A stretch of 57,114 nucleotides of DNA, filler included, from Squatina squatina (GCA_031763465.1; 4 parts of 3 records of this genome joined end to end with filler, not necessarily neighbours in it); one strand, 5' to 3'; counted from the whole stretch's first letter, positions 26,600 through 39,760 are shown. The notes: generated by a model from the letters alone, not told the origin. Translations and numbers: made by a program.

Positions 26600-26717
26600 G
26601 GTAGGTGACATCTGGCTTGAAAGGGTGGTTTTTCTGCGATACAATGTCCACGGCTGCCAGGGCTTCGGCTCGGGTCAGTAAAGTTTCATCAAATCCAGCA
26701 AAAATATTGCCTTGCAA
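26600..26717 (-). CDS. POU4F4: POU4 (Brn3) gene exon 2, visible 5' part; POU domain and stop fall in gap 25802-26599
   Basis: Acceptor ttttcctttgcag. Translates LQGNIFAGFDETLLTRAEALAAVDIVSQKNHPFKPDVTY, the POU-IV box. Family assignment is secure; paralogue is tentative. Confidence 0.9.
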
Positions 26718-27569
26718 CTGCAAAGGAAAAACATAGTCTTATTGTCAGGATTCCTGGTCAGCACAGAGAACAGCGCGGTTACTTAAACCTTAGTACTCGA
26801 GTCTGCGGGAACTCGCCAGCGATAAGGACATCTCTCTGTTAGCCCAGTAGTTTTACTGAGAAATATTCTTTGTGTCTTGTCCCAGTTCTTGTGCAGACTT
26901 GTCATTCTGTAGTTAACTGCTCTCTTTAATCCAGTGACACCAGTAGCATTTAATCAATTGTGAAAACACAGAATAACAAGGGAAAACCATTGTTTTGGTG
27001 GGGTCTTGGCACGAGGAAGTGGCAGCATTTACTGAGACTCATTGCCACACGAAGAGATTGACATTTAGTACAAAGATGTTTTATGCAGCTTGCAAAACGA
27101 TAAAAGTAATGAAAGCCTTGACCTATCTCCACACGGTGCGCATACATTTAATCTAACCCGGGGATGTAAAGAGACACACACCGCACCAATTCAAAATAAC
27201 CTTGATGCAAATAACTTACACAGCCACACAGTCTGAATACCTCGTCTCCCACTTCTGGGTCTCCTTTTGATATAATTTCGTTATTAACAACTTCTTCGTG
27301 AGGCTGCCAAAATAGACATTATACCAATGTCACTAACCCATCACTGGAGACCGCAAGCCGCCTCCTTATCAATAACTTCAAATAATAAAGTAACAAAAAT
27401 GAAATTACTTCAAATGCCCAAGCAAATTGACAGAGCTCCAGTTAAGAATTGTAATGAATTAAACGATTTCTTCCGAACTAACGTATTTAAATACTTTTAA
27501 TAGTATATTTTCTCTCGCGACGAGGGAGCGCTCTGCGGTGCTGTGCGGATGGTGGGAGCTTGGACTTAC

Positions 27570-27689
27570 CGGAGGAGTGGGCAGGCAGGCTCTCCTGATG
27601 GCCTCGGTGCTCGAGTGCAGAGTCGTGTATTTGGGCTCGTGCAGGATGGGGTGCATGCCGAACGGCTGCTTGCTGTTCATGGACATCAT
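27570..27689 (-). CDS. POU4F4: POU4 (Brn3) gene exon 1
   Basis: 40 codons, MMSMNSKQPFGMHPILHEPKYTTLHSSTEAIRRACLPTPP, then donor gtaagt (phase 0) and an 852-nt intron to exon 2. Matches the two-exon POU4 architecture. Symbol tentative (alternatives POU4F1, POU4F3). Confidence 0.92.
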
Positions 27690-27706
27690 GTTTGCATGTG
27701 GGTCAT
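27686..27706 (-). other. Out-of-frame upstream ORF MTHMQT* overlapping the POU4 start codons
   Basis: Minus strand reads ATG ACC CAC ATG CAA ACA TGA; the TGA sits inside ATGATG, the tandem initiators. Translation of the uORF is not demonstrated. Confidence 0.5.
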
Positions 27707-27759
27707 GTGCAGGTGAGCGCTGAACTGGCGCTGTCCCTATCGCACTCCATCCGATTGTC

Positions 27760-27890
27760 GCTGAGTTATACCCGTGCCTGCTGCAGGACACGCCGCCCGG
27801 GCCGCCCCTCGGCCCCGATCATTGGTACAGAACGGTCCGACCTGCAGGCGGTCTGGTAAGCCCGCCCATCCGGCCTCATCATTGGCTCAG
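27760..27890 (-). promoter_or_regulatory. POU4 gene core/proximal promoter
   Basis: On the minus strand: TATA-like gggTATAAc at about 27765-27770, GC boxes (GGGCGG) at about 27793-27807 and 27862-27867, and two CCAAT boxes at 27821-27825 and 27881-27885, spaced 60 nt. CpG-rich. Confidence 0.75.
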
Positions 27891-28750
27891 TTGGGCTCAA
27901 ACCCCTCCTTCCAGCGATTTCCAGCTCTCGGCTGAAATTGGATGACTGTCAGTTCTGACAGAGTACAGCAAAAGCCCGCTATCTGGCTTTTAGGGAATTT
28001 GTCGCAAATACTTATCACTGTTTATTTCAAGCACTCCATGTGTGGTGTAACATGTCTGCAAGAGAGTAATGCTTCTCTCCATCAAAAAATATCCTTCAAT
28101 CCCACTCCTCTCAGAAAATTGCCTTTACTGCACCAATTTGACCTTTGCACCTCGCAGACCAACCACCCTTATAGCCTCTTTGGGAGTGATTACCAATTGA
28201 GAACTAACTTGTCCTGAACTATGGGTAACTTTGCGTTTGCAGACTAATGACAATTAGAGACTATGTTGAGACTTTTCAAATGAAATTTTGCAAAGCACCC
28301 TTGCATCTACCAGACTTTAACTCTAACATTTTGGATTGGATTTAAACTCCGGTTAAAAGAGTATTGTAGCAGACTATGCCTTCTTGTCTCTTCTACACCA
28401 GCTATTCTTTGGTGATCTCAGCATAATTTGTAACAGTGATTCTTTGCCAGTTAAATAAGTTTTATTTGATAGATATATTCAATCCACAGAGACGACAGTA
28501 CAAATGTATAAAACTCTCTCATTAGCAAAGCTGTTAGGTTCACACTGTCTGGGTTATTGATTTACCATTTTAATATCAAAAGGACATAACTTGTACAACA
28601 CCAGCTATTGAGCTTCAGAGCTTTCTCAAAGGCTGCGTGATGTACATAATTTCCAAGATGTAGTTGGTAATCTCCTCAAATTTCTGCAGCTTCGAGCTGA
28701 TATCAGTGTAATAAAAGTAGTAGCGATCCTTCTGAAAGGTAAATCAGTTG

Positions 28751-29164
28751 TCAACGACACCTTGTATTTATACAGCGTCTTTAATGTAGTAAAACGTCCC
28801 ACCCGTGGCGTAAATCAGACAAATTCTGACCCCGAGCTTCATAAGGAGATATTATGACAGGCGACCAAAAGTTTGGTCAAAGAGGTCGGTTTTAAGGAGC
28901 ATCTTAAAGGAAGAACGAGAGGCGGAGAGGTTTAGGGAGGGAATTCCAGAGCTCGGGGCCCAGGCAGCTGAAGGCACGGCCGCCAATGGTGCAACGATAG
29001 AAATCGGGGGAGGTGCAACAGGCCAAAATTGGAGGAGTGCAGATATCTTGGGAGGACTGTAGGGCCGGAGGAGGTTACAGAGATAGGAAGGGGTGAGGCC
29101 ATGGAGGGATTTGAGGGCGGAGAATGGGAGGCCAGAGAATGAGAGAGCATTGGAATAATCTAGT
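28751..29164 (-). mobile_element. L2 LINE 3' end
   Basis: Reverse-complement counterpart of 18592-18975 (ttggtcaaagaggtcggttttaaggagcatcttaaagg, gggaattccagagc, gaaggcacggccgccaatggt). Confidence 0.8.
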
Positions 29165-29264
29165 NNNNNNNNNNNNNNNNNNNNNNNNNNNNNNNNNNNN
29201 NNNNNNNNTTAATTAATTAANNNNNNNNNNNNNNNNNNNNNNNNNNNNNNNNNNNNNNNNNNNN
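29165..29264. other. Artificial scaffold spacer
   Basis: 44 N + TTAATTAATTAA + 44 N. Confidence 0.97.
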
Positions 29265-32200
29265 TTAATGTGCATTTTGTTGAAATCTAAATGCAGAGTT
29301 ATGCTGATGAAAGGGATATTACTGTAATGGAAGCACATTCTGTTTCTAATGCTACTCGAATAGAATAATGTTTTGCAGCGTGCTCATTAATAAGGAAAGA
29401 AAATCCAACATGCAGATCATACAGAATAATAAATAGATTTTCACTGTGTTCTTTTGATCACTGGTATTGACAAATTTCAGTAAACACTTCAGTTTTTCTG
29501 CCTAGTTTCAGATGACTCATGATTGCATTCAACATTATTTAGCACACTTACATGAACACAAGGGGATTATCATAACATTATTTTAACATAAGCTGCATAT
29601 TAGCAGGCTTTATTTAAATGAAGAAGGCTGAATCACTGACTCACTATTTTAGTGGCAAATACCATTTTAATATCTGACTGCCCAATTAAGCAGATTATGT
29701 TTGTTTTATTTTTGTACCATGTTTAAAAAAACTTCAACATATTCCAGTTTCAGAGACTATGGCAACTAACTTTTAAATATCTTTAAATTTTTGTCCTTTT
29801 CAACATTCAGCATCATGTAATTTTATAGACTTTGCACTCTTTTGTAAGTAAATTGTGACAAAATGTAGTCAAGAGCAGTAAAGGAAATGTACTGTTTAAA
29901 GGTGCAGCATATCTTTCAGTATAAAACTAAAATGCCAACCAGAAATTGAAAAACACTTTGTTAGATGAGACCTTTGCAATTTTAATAATAAATTAGAAAT
30001 GCAGGCTTCTATAAATATATCCCTTTTGGTATTAATTCATACTGGTGCGCCAAGCTTAGACTCTTGCATCTGTGCTCTACAGATAGATCTCTATCCACTA
30101 TTCAGTACTTGTTTTTTGGTGTAGGGTTAATCCAGAGGAACATCAAGAAAGTTGTTAATTAGTTCTATCTTTCCCTACTTATTTGTAAAAGTGCACCAAT
30201 CAGGATGAAATCAATCTTAAAGAATTTAAAAGTAATTCCATTCTAATGTTTCAGTAATGATGCTTTTATACTTTTCTTGTTGCTTTCACTTCATGACAGT
30301 GGTCATGACTTAGGTTTATCTTGGTAGCATGCTTCACTTGTGGTATAGCAATTGCAAGTAAATGATACAGACGCACACAATAACACCATCACTGCAATCT
30401 GTTAGAAATATTAGAAGCTTAAATAATTCATATACATATTCCTAATTCACTGCTCTTAAAAACACATACACACACTGCTCTGGAGTTTGTATTTCATTTT
30501 CTGGTTTGATAGTAATGATTAATCAATAAATGAATTGTTAACAAAGTATTTGATTATGCATTTCCAAAAATGAGGTAAGATCTGATCTTCCCACTCACTC
30601 CATCTTATAATAACCACAGTATATATTACTAAAAGAATCTTACTGATATCTAAGGAAAATATGGTATTGTAACAGTAGCATTCAGTACTGTGTGAGTTAA
30701 AATAATCCAATTATTTTGCAGTTCTGTGTTACATGCAGTGTTTGATTCACTGAATTTCTGGTAGTACACATAACTGCATTAGCATTATTATATTAAGAAT
30801 CTGAAGTGACTCCTTTAATATCTAAAGAGGTGCTTAGTATTCTCAGTTATTTTTCTCTATATCTCTAGCACCGCTCTCCAGCATTTGCCTCATTTCTGTA
30901 CAAGTTCTCNNNNNNNNNNNNNNNNNNNNNNNNNNNNNNNNNNNNNNNNNNNNNNNNNNNNNNNNNNNNNNNNNNNNNNNNNNNNNNNNNNNNNNNNNNN
31001 NNNNNNNNNNNNNNNNNNNNNNNNNNNNNNNNNNNNNNNNNNNNNNNNNNNNNNNNNNNNNNNNNNNNNNNNNNNNNNNNNNNNNNNNNNNNNAATTATG
31101 TTATTGCAATGGTAAAATCATACAATACATCTGGGCATTTTAGGGAATAAAGGACTAGATGGCACAATTTCTGCACAGTAATTAAATAGGTTATGTGACA
31201 TGATATCCAATTATTGAAACAAGCTACAATGGAAAGGATTTTAAAATATTAAATCTGCAGCTCATGTTCTTTCAGGACAAATCCTATAAAATGATTTATT
31301 TTGGAGTTGTTTAAAGCTATTCTGCCCCACAGTGGTCATTTTCTAATAATATATTACACCAGTACTTGCCCATTAGTATTTATGTGACCAGCATTTCAAG
31401 AAAAATCATTACCATTTCAATGATAGTTCCTTCGGAATGTTAGTATCCAGCAGCTTCTGATTCAAATAATTTACTTGGTTTGGCTTAGCCCACTTTGCCA
31501 GTCATAATAATAAAACATTGCAGTATTTATTGCTAAATACCTCCATCTTCTGAAAACTAGTCTTCCTATACAAATGAATAAAATTCTATATTGCTTCAAA
31601 TGATTTCTTCAGAAACCAGATTGCTAAAGATAAACAATAGTACAGTGCAGTTTTATAAGACTGAGGGAAATCTGGGGTTAATAATGAGCGCAATAAGATC
31701 TNNNNNNNNNNNNNNNNNNNNNNNNNNNNNNNNNNNNNNNNNNNNNNNNNNNNNNNNNNNNNNNNNNNNNNNNNNNNNNNNNNNNNNNNNNNNNNNNNNN
31801 NCTGTTTGGCACCTCCCTCACTGGGCCTGTTCAAGATCATAAACTCATCACATTCGGGCCATTACTCCATGGCGCAGCGTAATCGAGCACCGTTAATTGT
31901 TTAATTTTTATTGAAGCTTTCTGTCAGAGATTTTAGACACAGTTTACATAGCAGGAGTAGCTAAATATTTGTGGCTAAATATTTGTATCTACTCTTAATA
32001 CTTCCCATAATAAAAATAAAATAAATTCATCTGCGAAGGTTAAGAATGTTTTAGCTTGGTTCACCATACAAAAGAAACTGAAATATGCTCCAGAACTGTC
32101 AATATAAGAAATTTGTAGGATGTTATCTAATATTATGCTTGACATATGTAAACTTAATCTGATGAACAATAGTGACACAAGAGAAAAGTGAAATGGGAAT

Positions 32201-33444
32201 TGAAGTAATTAAGTCTCAAAAGACCGCTGGGATCTGAGAGCTTGTTGCAATGTAAGTAGAAATATATTAGAATTTTTCACTTTTATCAGCTTTCTGTAGC
32301 TAGCCATTATTGTTAGATCATAATAAAAGTGTCCAGCAATAATTGCACTTTTGAATTTTAGGATAGATGTACAACTACAATTATAGTGACATCAGCATGT
32401 TGAAATACACTGTAGCATTTATCAAGTCAGAAGTCTGGCTATTAAACTGGAGCACAGGAGAGATTGAGAGTCCCATAATCATTACAGTATTTGATAATAT
32501 CACTAGCAAATTCATGAGACCAGGCAGGTTTTCCAGATTTAAATTGAATGAAAGATGCTGTTGTGGAAATACCATTACAGCACGATAACTTCTGTTTTAA
32601 AGAACATTAACAGTGAATGAGAAATCAAATTTGTTTTACGGGTAAAAAAATGTAAAATNNNNNNNNNNNNNNNNNNNNNNNNNNNNNNNNNNNNNNNNNN
32701 NNNNNNNNNNNNNNNNNNNNNNNNNNNNNNNNNNNNNNNNCACCCTAAAAGTGCAGATTGAAAGTGATACTGGATGGAATGCGAATGAACCATATGGCAT
32801 TCAGGCACGTTTCAAGTCCTCAGATAGACAGCTTTGACACCGATTCAGACCTCTCATTAACTACCAGCTGGTCTGGGACTACACCATTGTCAGAGCGTCC
32901 TGTTGGCCAGTCTGCTGCTGCCATTACCCTTCAAATAGTAAAACTTCATTGTCAGACGGATGGATTTAGGTCATAATTGGCCATTTGAGTTAAACAAAGC
33001 AGAGAAGAGAAACATGATGAAAATAAACAAAAGTCAGCAAGAAGCCACATTCGAAAATAAGTAAACAAGAATCAATTGAAGAATGCAACAGGGGGCAAAA
33101 TACGAAATAAAAAATCAACAGAAATGTGACTGCTCAATCACCAATTTATCATAAGGTCTTCAAGATTGTTAAATTGATGTCATAATCAGTTATGTGTACG
33201 GGATAACTGAAGCTAAATTATGGGTGAGTTGTATTATGAATTCTCAATAGAGCACTGTGGAATATCAAATTTGGTTAACCCAGAAGGAAGACCTGAAAAC
33301 TTGACACCATTCTTAGAAATTAAATAATTTCCATCTTCCCCAGTTCCACATTGAGAACTTTCTACCTCCCTCCCATCCATTTTCTCCTTTCCTCTTTTGA
33401 TATTGCTGACTTACCTTTCCAAAAATTATTCTCAGGGTATGAGT

Positions 33445-34190
33445 GATGCTGGCAAGGTTACATTTACCACCCACCCTCAGTTGCCCACAGAAGTGGTGAT
33501 AGATCTTCCTCTTAAACTGCTGCAATCCTTATGGTGATGGTGCTCCCACAATTGTGTTACAAGATTTTGATCCAGAGATGATAAAGGAATGGCACATGTT
33601 GAAATCAGGATGGTGTGTGACCTCATAGAATCGTGCTGCACAGAAGGAGGCCATTCAGCCTGCTGTGCATGTAATGGCTCTTTGAAAGAGCTGTGCACAT
33701 TAGACTTGGAGGGGAAGTTGCAGGTAAAGGTGTTACCATGACATTGCTCCTCTTGTCCTTGGTGGTGGAGGTTGTGCTGCTGTAACTGTAAGCTTGGTAA
33801 GTTGTTGCAATGCAACTTGTAGTTAGTATAGACTGCAGTGCATCAGTGGTGGAGGAGGTGGAAATTGAGTTCAGTGGCAAGGACACCTAGATTGCTTTGT
33901 CATGGAGCTTCTTGAATATTGTTGCAGTTGCATCTTTAGAGTTGAGTGGAGAGTATTTTACCACACTGTTTGCCTGAGCTTTTAGAGGCTGTAGAGCCAC
34001 TGGAGGACAGTAAGTGAGCCACTTGCCAATGGAGTACCTAGCCTCTTCCCCACTCCTGTAGCTGTGGAGTTTATAAGGTTAGTTCAGTTCATTTCTGGTC
34101 AATGGTGACTCCTAGGTTTAGACGGGGACTCAGCAACCATGGTGTGGTTGAAGGTCAGGAGGAGGTGGTTGGGTATTTTCTTGTTGGAGA
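33445..34190 (-). mobile_element. Old LINE (CR1-group) 3' region with a nested short CR1 tail at about 33625-33705
   Basis: ggcaagg..cattt..ccaccctcagttgccc..gtggtg..tcaggatggtgtgtgac..cttggaggggaagttgcagg resembles a recalled shark LINE end. It is interrupted by catagaatc..acagaaggaggccattcagcc. Confidence 0.5.
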
Positions 34191-34520
34191 NNNNNNNNNN
34201 NNNNNNNNNNNNNNNNNNNNNNNNNNNNNNNNNNNNNNNNNNNNNNNNNNNNNNNNNNNNNNNNNNNNNNNNNNNNNNNNNNNNNNNNNNATGCAAGTCT
34301 TTCTTTCCTTTCATTCTATTTCACTGCAATATCTGTATATATTAAGTATGGCCTCAGAGCGCAGCAAAAAGCTACCTTGGCAGCTGGCAGATTCAACTCA
34401 TAATTAAAAATGTTCTGTTTTTTATCCCAGAGCCTCAACCCTGAATTCTCTGGCTCACTGTCACCCGTGAACAATATAATGGGTAGATTCCTAATATAAT
34501 ATAATTATTAAAGTATTATA

Positions 34521-35190
34521 AAATTTGCAGATGGCATCAAACTTTGTGACCAGGTGACAAGTTTATGGGAGATTGATTACGTTGAAAAGGATTTGGATCA
34601 ATTAAGTGAATGGGCTGTGAAATGCCAGATGGATTTTAATGTGAATAAATGTAAGATAATGCACGTTGGTACAGGAAATATGAAATGCTCTCATTTAACG
34701 ACTGTCCATTACAAAGTGGAAAAGGGAAAGGATTTGGAGCTGATTATCAGCCATCCACTGAAAGTATCCAGTCAATGTAAAACTATTCTCAGGAAGGCTA
34801 ATAAAGTAATGAGAGTAATCTTGGGGACATAAATCAAAACTGGCTGTATTAACCCTGAATAAGTCATTGATGAAGATAAGACTATTTTTCAACAAGACTT
34901 CAGAGAAGAGTGTTGAGGCTGATTCTGGGATTTGGAGTTTTAATTTATGAAGAGAGAATTAGGTTACTTTCATTGGAGAGCAAATCCATGAAAAGCTGAG
35001 GGATACACTTCATGTGGACCAAAGAAGGTAATTTAAATTGTGATTATAATTCAAAGAACAGGAGAACATAAGGACATAACTTAAGCCTCAAATGGGATTG
35101 GATCCCTTTCTCCACTTCCCTCACAGCAGTCGTTGTGTAGAATAGATAACCTGTCAATGCTATCTAAATAACTTATAAAAAGCCCTGAAT
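34521..35190 (+). mobile_element. Highly decayed CR1 LINE RT/3' fragment
   Basis: KFADGIKL (cf. FADDTKL), DLDQLSEWAVKCQMDFNVNKCKIMHVG, KDLELII, RKANKVM. Confidence 0.75.
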
Positions 35191-35534
35191 ATATATCTAC
35201 TTAAAAATGAGGTTGATGGATAAAATGATAAGGATAGAAAGAGAAAATCAAGTGTTCTCTCGAATATGCTCATAACTGTACTACCAGGACCATGTAACTG
35301 GCCAAAGTTGTATTATGTAGGTTATAACATGAGATTAATGTCTTGTTTTTGTTGATTACAGTGGATCCTCCACAGCTAATTTTATATATGGCTTGTGGAA
35401 GAAATGACGACTTTATGTTCGTTTTCTTTTTGCANNNNNNNNNNNNNNNNNNNNNNNNNNNNNNNNNNNNNNNNNNNNNNNNNNNNNNNNNNNNNNNNNN
35501 NNNNNNNNNNNNNNNNNNNNNNNNNNNNNNNNNN

Positions 35535-36283
35535 GCAACTGAAATTCAATCTGGAGAAGTGTGAGGTAATGCATTTGGGGAGGGCTAACAAGGCAAGGGA
35601 ATATACAATAAATGATAGAACGCTGAGAAGTGCTGATGAACAGAGGGTCCTTGGTGTGCATGTCCACAGATCCCTGAAGGTAACAGGACAGGCAGATAAG
35701 GTGGTTAAGAAGGCACACGGGATACTTGCCTTTATTAGCCAGGGAATAGAATAAGAGCATGGAGGTTATGCTTAAACTGTATAAAATGCTAGTTAGGCCA
35801 CAGCAAGAGTACAGTGAGAGTTCTGGTCACCACATTACAGGAAGGATGTGATTGCACTAGAGACAGTACAGAGGAGATTTGCCAGGATGTTGCCTGGACT
35901 GTAGAATTTTAGGTATGAGAAAAGATTGGATAGACTGGGGCTGTTTTCTTTGGAGCAGAGGAGGCTGAGGGGAGACCTACTGAGGTGTATAAAATTATGA
36001 GGGGCCGAGATAGAATCGATAGGAAGGACCTATTCCCCTTGGTTGAGGGGTCAATAACCAGGGGGCATAGATTTAGGGTAAGGGGTAGGAGGTTTAGAGG
36101 GGATTCGAGGGGAAATCTTTTCATGGAGAGGGTGGTGGGAACCTGGAACTCAGTGCCTGAAAGGGTGGCATAGACAGAGACACTCATAATATTTTAAAAG
36201 NNNNNNNNNNTCTTTGTCGGGCAGTATGGACACGATGGACCGAATGGCCTTCTTCCGAGCTATAAATTTCTATGATTCTATGA
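35535..36283 (+). mobile_element. CR1 LINE ORF2 C-terminus and 3' UTR
   Basis: QLKFNLEKCEVMHLGRAN...LGVHVHRSLK...LYKMLVRP...FWSPHYRKD...LFSLEQRRLRGD...TRGHRF...WNS, with in-frame stops. Ends gaccgaatggcct...(ttctatga)2. Confidence 0.9.
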
Positions 36284-39254
36284 AGCCCATAGCTTCATCA
36301 GCACAGGGCACTCCTGACACCGTCACAAATGGATCAGAGATGGTTGGAGTCACAGACGTATATAGTTAGCCTTCTGAATCCCACTCGGCTCACCAGTTGG
36401 CTGAGCAGTCAACCACCACTGCTATTCACTCAGCTCAGAGATCCCATAGGAGCAGGGCATGCAGACATAGAGGCTCACAAATCAGTAGAGGAACTTTAAA
36501 ATACGCGAGAAAAATACCTTGAAGGCTCACGCACATGCACTTATTCACTAAATCAAATTATGTTGCATATAATATATCTTGTACTCTGTCATGCATTTAT
36601 TCATAGAAAAGGAGGTGTCATTTTTACAAAAGTAGACCAAAGAGAATATATGCAGTTCTGAGGCAGAAATAAAACCGCTAAAGTACCTAACAAACTGTTG
36701 CTGCCTGTTCCACTAGTCCCTGCTGAACTGGATGTAAGTGAGTGCATGATGAAAAGGGGCTTCAGTTACCTCTTTAATGCATCAGTGAATGGCGCATTGA
36801 CTAATTCTTGGGAAGTCCCTTGTGCCTGGCAAAACTCTACCGCAAACACTGGGTAGCTGCATCTATTGTAGCAACTTCTCTCCCTGAGGCAGTTCTTTCT
36901 GCTTGTGGTGTGTCTCTTATGCCCTCTACACTCCCACACTATTCGCTCTCAGTGCTCTACTAAAACTTTCGAATCTTGCCCTTCCTTCCTAAAATTAACT
37001 CAGGTCTGATTGTGAGTAATGAATTCAGTCCCACCCTGCACAAAATTGCAAGAATGTTTCTCAAGTGACCTTNNNNNNNNNNNNNNNNNNNNNNNNNNNN
37101 NNNNNNNNNNNNNNNNNNNNNNNNNNNNNNNNNNNNNNNNNNNNNNNNNNNNNNNNNNNNNNNNNNNNNNNNATGATACTTCTAATTTTCAACATAAAAC
37201 TGGCCAGGCATGAAATATGCATTAAGGTGTTTAAACAATTGTTACTGCACATGTGCAGCTTGCAACTTTACTCTAGAGATTCATAGGGACAGATTCATTT
37301 TTAGAATAAATATATTCAATGAATTGGTTACAATATTCCCTACGCCACAACCTGTTCTGCAGAATATTGGTCAACTTGTGTCATGCTAATAATATTTCAA
37401 TCTAAAATGTTCTAAGACTTCCCAAACTGATTCTCTCCTTGGCTGCTTTTCACAGATTAACTCACACTTGCCACAGGAAGCATTGTTTCCCTAACAACAC
37501 TGCAAGCTATTTACTCATCTGTTACCCTCCTAACAAATCTGCAGCTTCCTGCCCTCACCCATTCTTCCATCAGCCATCAATCTGCAGGATTTCTGAGAGC
37601 TTTTTCTTAATTATTTTTTCAAATGGCAGACTTGTACCTTAATCAGTTACTGACTCAATGCCATCCTTAAAATGGAAGGCAACAGCTACAGGTCAGTAAA
37701 CTGATCCTGCTTTTGAGGACTGATGTAGCTAGGATCAGCTGACAGAGTATATAGGTAGATATGGAAATTGTGGCCGATCAAATCACATGCATGAATTTCC
37801 AAATGTAACAAAACAAACAGGAATGGTATGTGAATGTGTTTAAGTATATTTAAGGGACTCCCAATACCATGCCGCGCAATCAGCCAGAAGGGTAACAAGA
37901 TAGTCAGCACAGTACAGTGGACAAACCTCATTCTCACAACACTACTGTTTAGTTTACTAAATTAGCACCTTTGAACTGAGGTCACAGCAACTCACTCAGC
38001 CTGCTGACCTGACCCCTGTCTAAAAATGAATTACTAAAGTAGTTGGTTATACTAAGAAGGTGAACAACATGGGATACAGCATAATATCAATAATATACAT
38101 GTGGAAAAGAGACAGAGAGCTGGATGGCCCATTGTCAGAAGCAGTAGTTATTTTTCCTTTCTGCTCGTGGCCTCACTGAAATAACTTCAGGAATAGTTTC
38201 CCATTGTGTCAGATTAGAATCTTGAACACAGAAATGTGGCCTATTTCAAAATGGAGACAATNNNNNNNNNNNNNNNNNNNNNNNNNNNNNNNNNNNNNNN
38301 NNNNNNNNNNNNNNNNNNNNNNNNNNNNNNNNNNNNNNNNNNNNNNNNNNNNNNNNNNNNNCTGCAGAATTTTTTCATAAGCATTAAACTGAGCTGCTGA
38401 TCCTTGTCAGATGAGACTCTGATACCTCAGAGACTCCAGCAGTATAAGCTGAATCATACACATACTTTATATCTTGTGCTGAATTTGTTTAATCCTTAAA
38501 CATTGTGCAGATGGTTGCTGATGACTTCCACCCTATAATAAATGACTGGAATCAAAGATCTCATAACTTCTGAGATTCCTACATACTAGCAATTATCATG
38601 CTTGGCATCTCTCTGTTCCCAACAAGCCAGGTTTGCACAGAAAATCCATCATGGATTTTTCTCTTTCCTCTAACCTTCCTTCCTTGTCTACATAGCAGCT
38701 TGTGCTTTACTAAGCATCAGATGACAATAAATTGCCTTGAATATGAACTCCGCTGATGTTTTAAGGGTCATTTAGCCTAAACGGAGTGTGGTAAAATAAT
38801 GTTTTTTTTTCCTGTAAGTAAGAGATAAGTGATGGAGTCAGCAGATTTTAATTTCTTGCTCTCTCTCTCTCTATTTAAAAAAAAAGCTGGTTTTGGATAT
38901 ATCCCATGGAAACTAGATGAAGCTTACTGGCAGTTAATATCATAAGTGCACTGGGTTCCAGCATTCTTAAAATAGTGCTCTGGGACACACCACAAATGTA
39001 CTTCAGATTAGGAACGTGGCATGTTGAAACTACATTTAATTCATGAATTGTAATGAATCGAAAACCACTTAGGGCTCAGTATTTGGTAACTTAGTTATCC
39101 ACAGTGCTAAACTAGAAATAGATAGGCTCTGAAAGCAAGTACTAAATTATGAGTNNNNNNNNNNNNNNNNNNNNNNNNNNNNNNNNNNNNNNNNNNNNNN
39201 NNNNNNNNNNNNNNNNNNNNNNNNNNNNNNNNNNNNNNNNNNNNNNNNNNNNNN

Positions 39255-39760
39255 GTGCGCTCCTTCCGCAGCGGACGTTTGGTCTCCACGTGCTCCCGCC
39301 GGAGAGACTCGAAGCGGTTGGCGCCGTCGCGGATGTTTCTTCTCCATTACGGGCAATCTTGGGCCATGGATTCCCATGTGCCAGTGGAGATGTTGCATTT
39401 TTCAATGAGGCCTTGAGGACGTCCTTGTAGCGTTTCCCCTGCCCTCCTCGGAGATGTTTCCCATGACGGAGTTCGGAGTATAGTGCCTGTTTCAGGAGTC
39501 TTGAATCAGGCATGCGGACGATGTGACCAGCCCACCGCAGTTGGTTGAGCGTTACCAGTGCCTCGATGCTGGGGATGTTGCCCTGAGTGAGGACATTGAC
39601 GTTGGTGCATTTATCCTGCCAATTGGTTTGCAGGATTTTGCGGTGGTATTTCTCTAGTGCTTTGAGGTGTCTGCTGTACATTTGTTCATGTCTCTGATGC
39701 ATACAGGAGGGCGGGTATCACTGCTGCCCTACAGACCATGAGCTTGGTGCCAGGTCAAAG
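39255..39760 (-). mobile_element. RTE-clade LINE ORF2 C-terminal fragment
   Basis: RKILQTNWQDKCTNVNVL..IPSIEAL...QLRWAGHIVRMPDSRLLKQALYSEL..G..RGGQGKRYKDVLKASLK is typical of RTE/BovB-type ORF2. Confidence 0.88.

Noticed and set aside
27690-27791. N-terminal extension of the POU4 ORF shown in the track
   Set aside because: It starts at GTG upstream of the TATA-like box; homology begins at MMSMNSKQ.
32367-32976. Short ORFs (73 and 72 aa) as a novel gene
   Set aside because: There is no recognisable domain or convincing splice pair, and similar-length ORFs occur on both strands.
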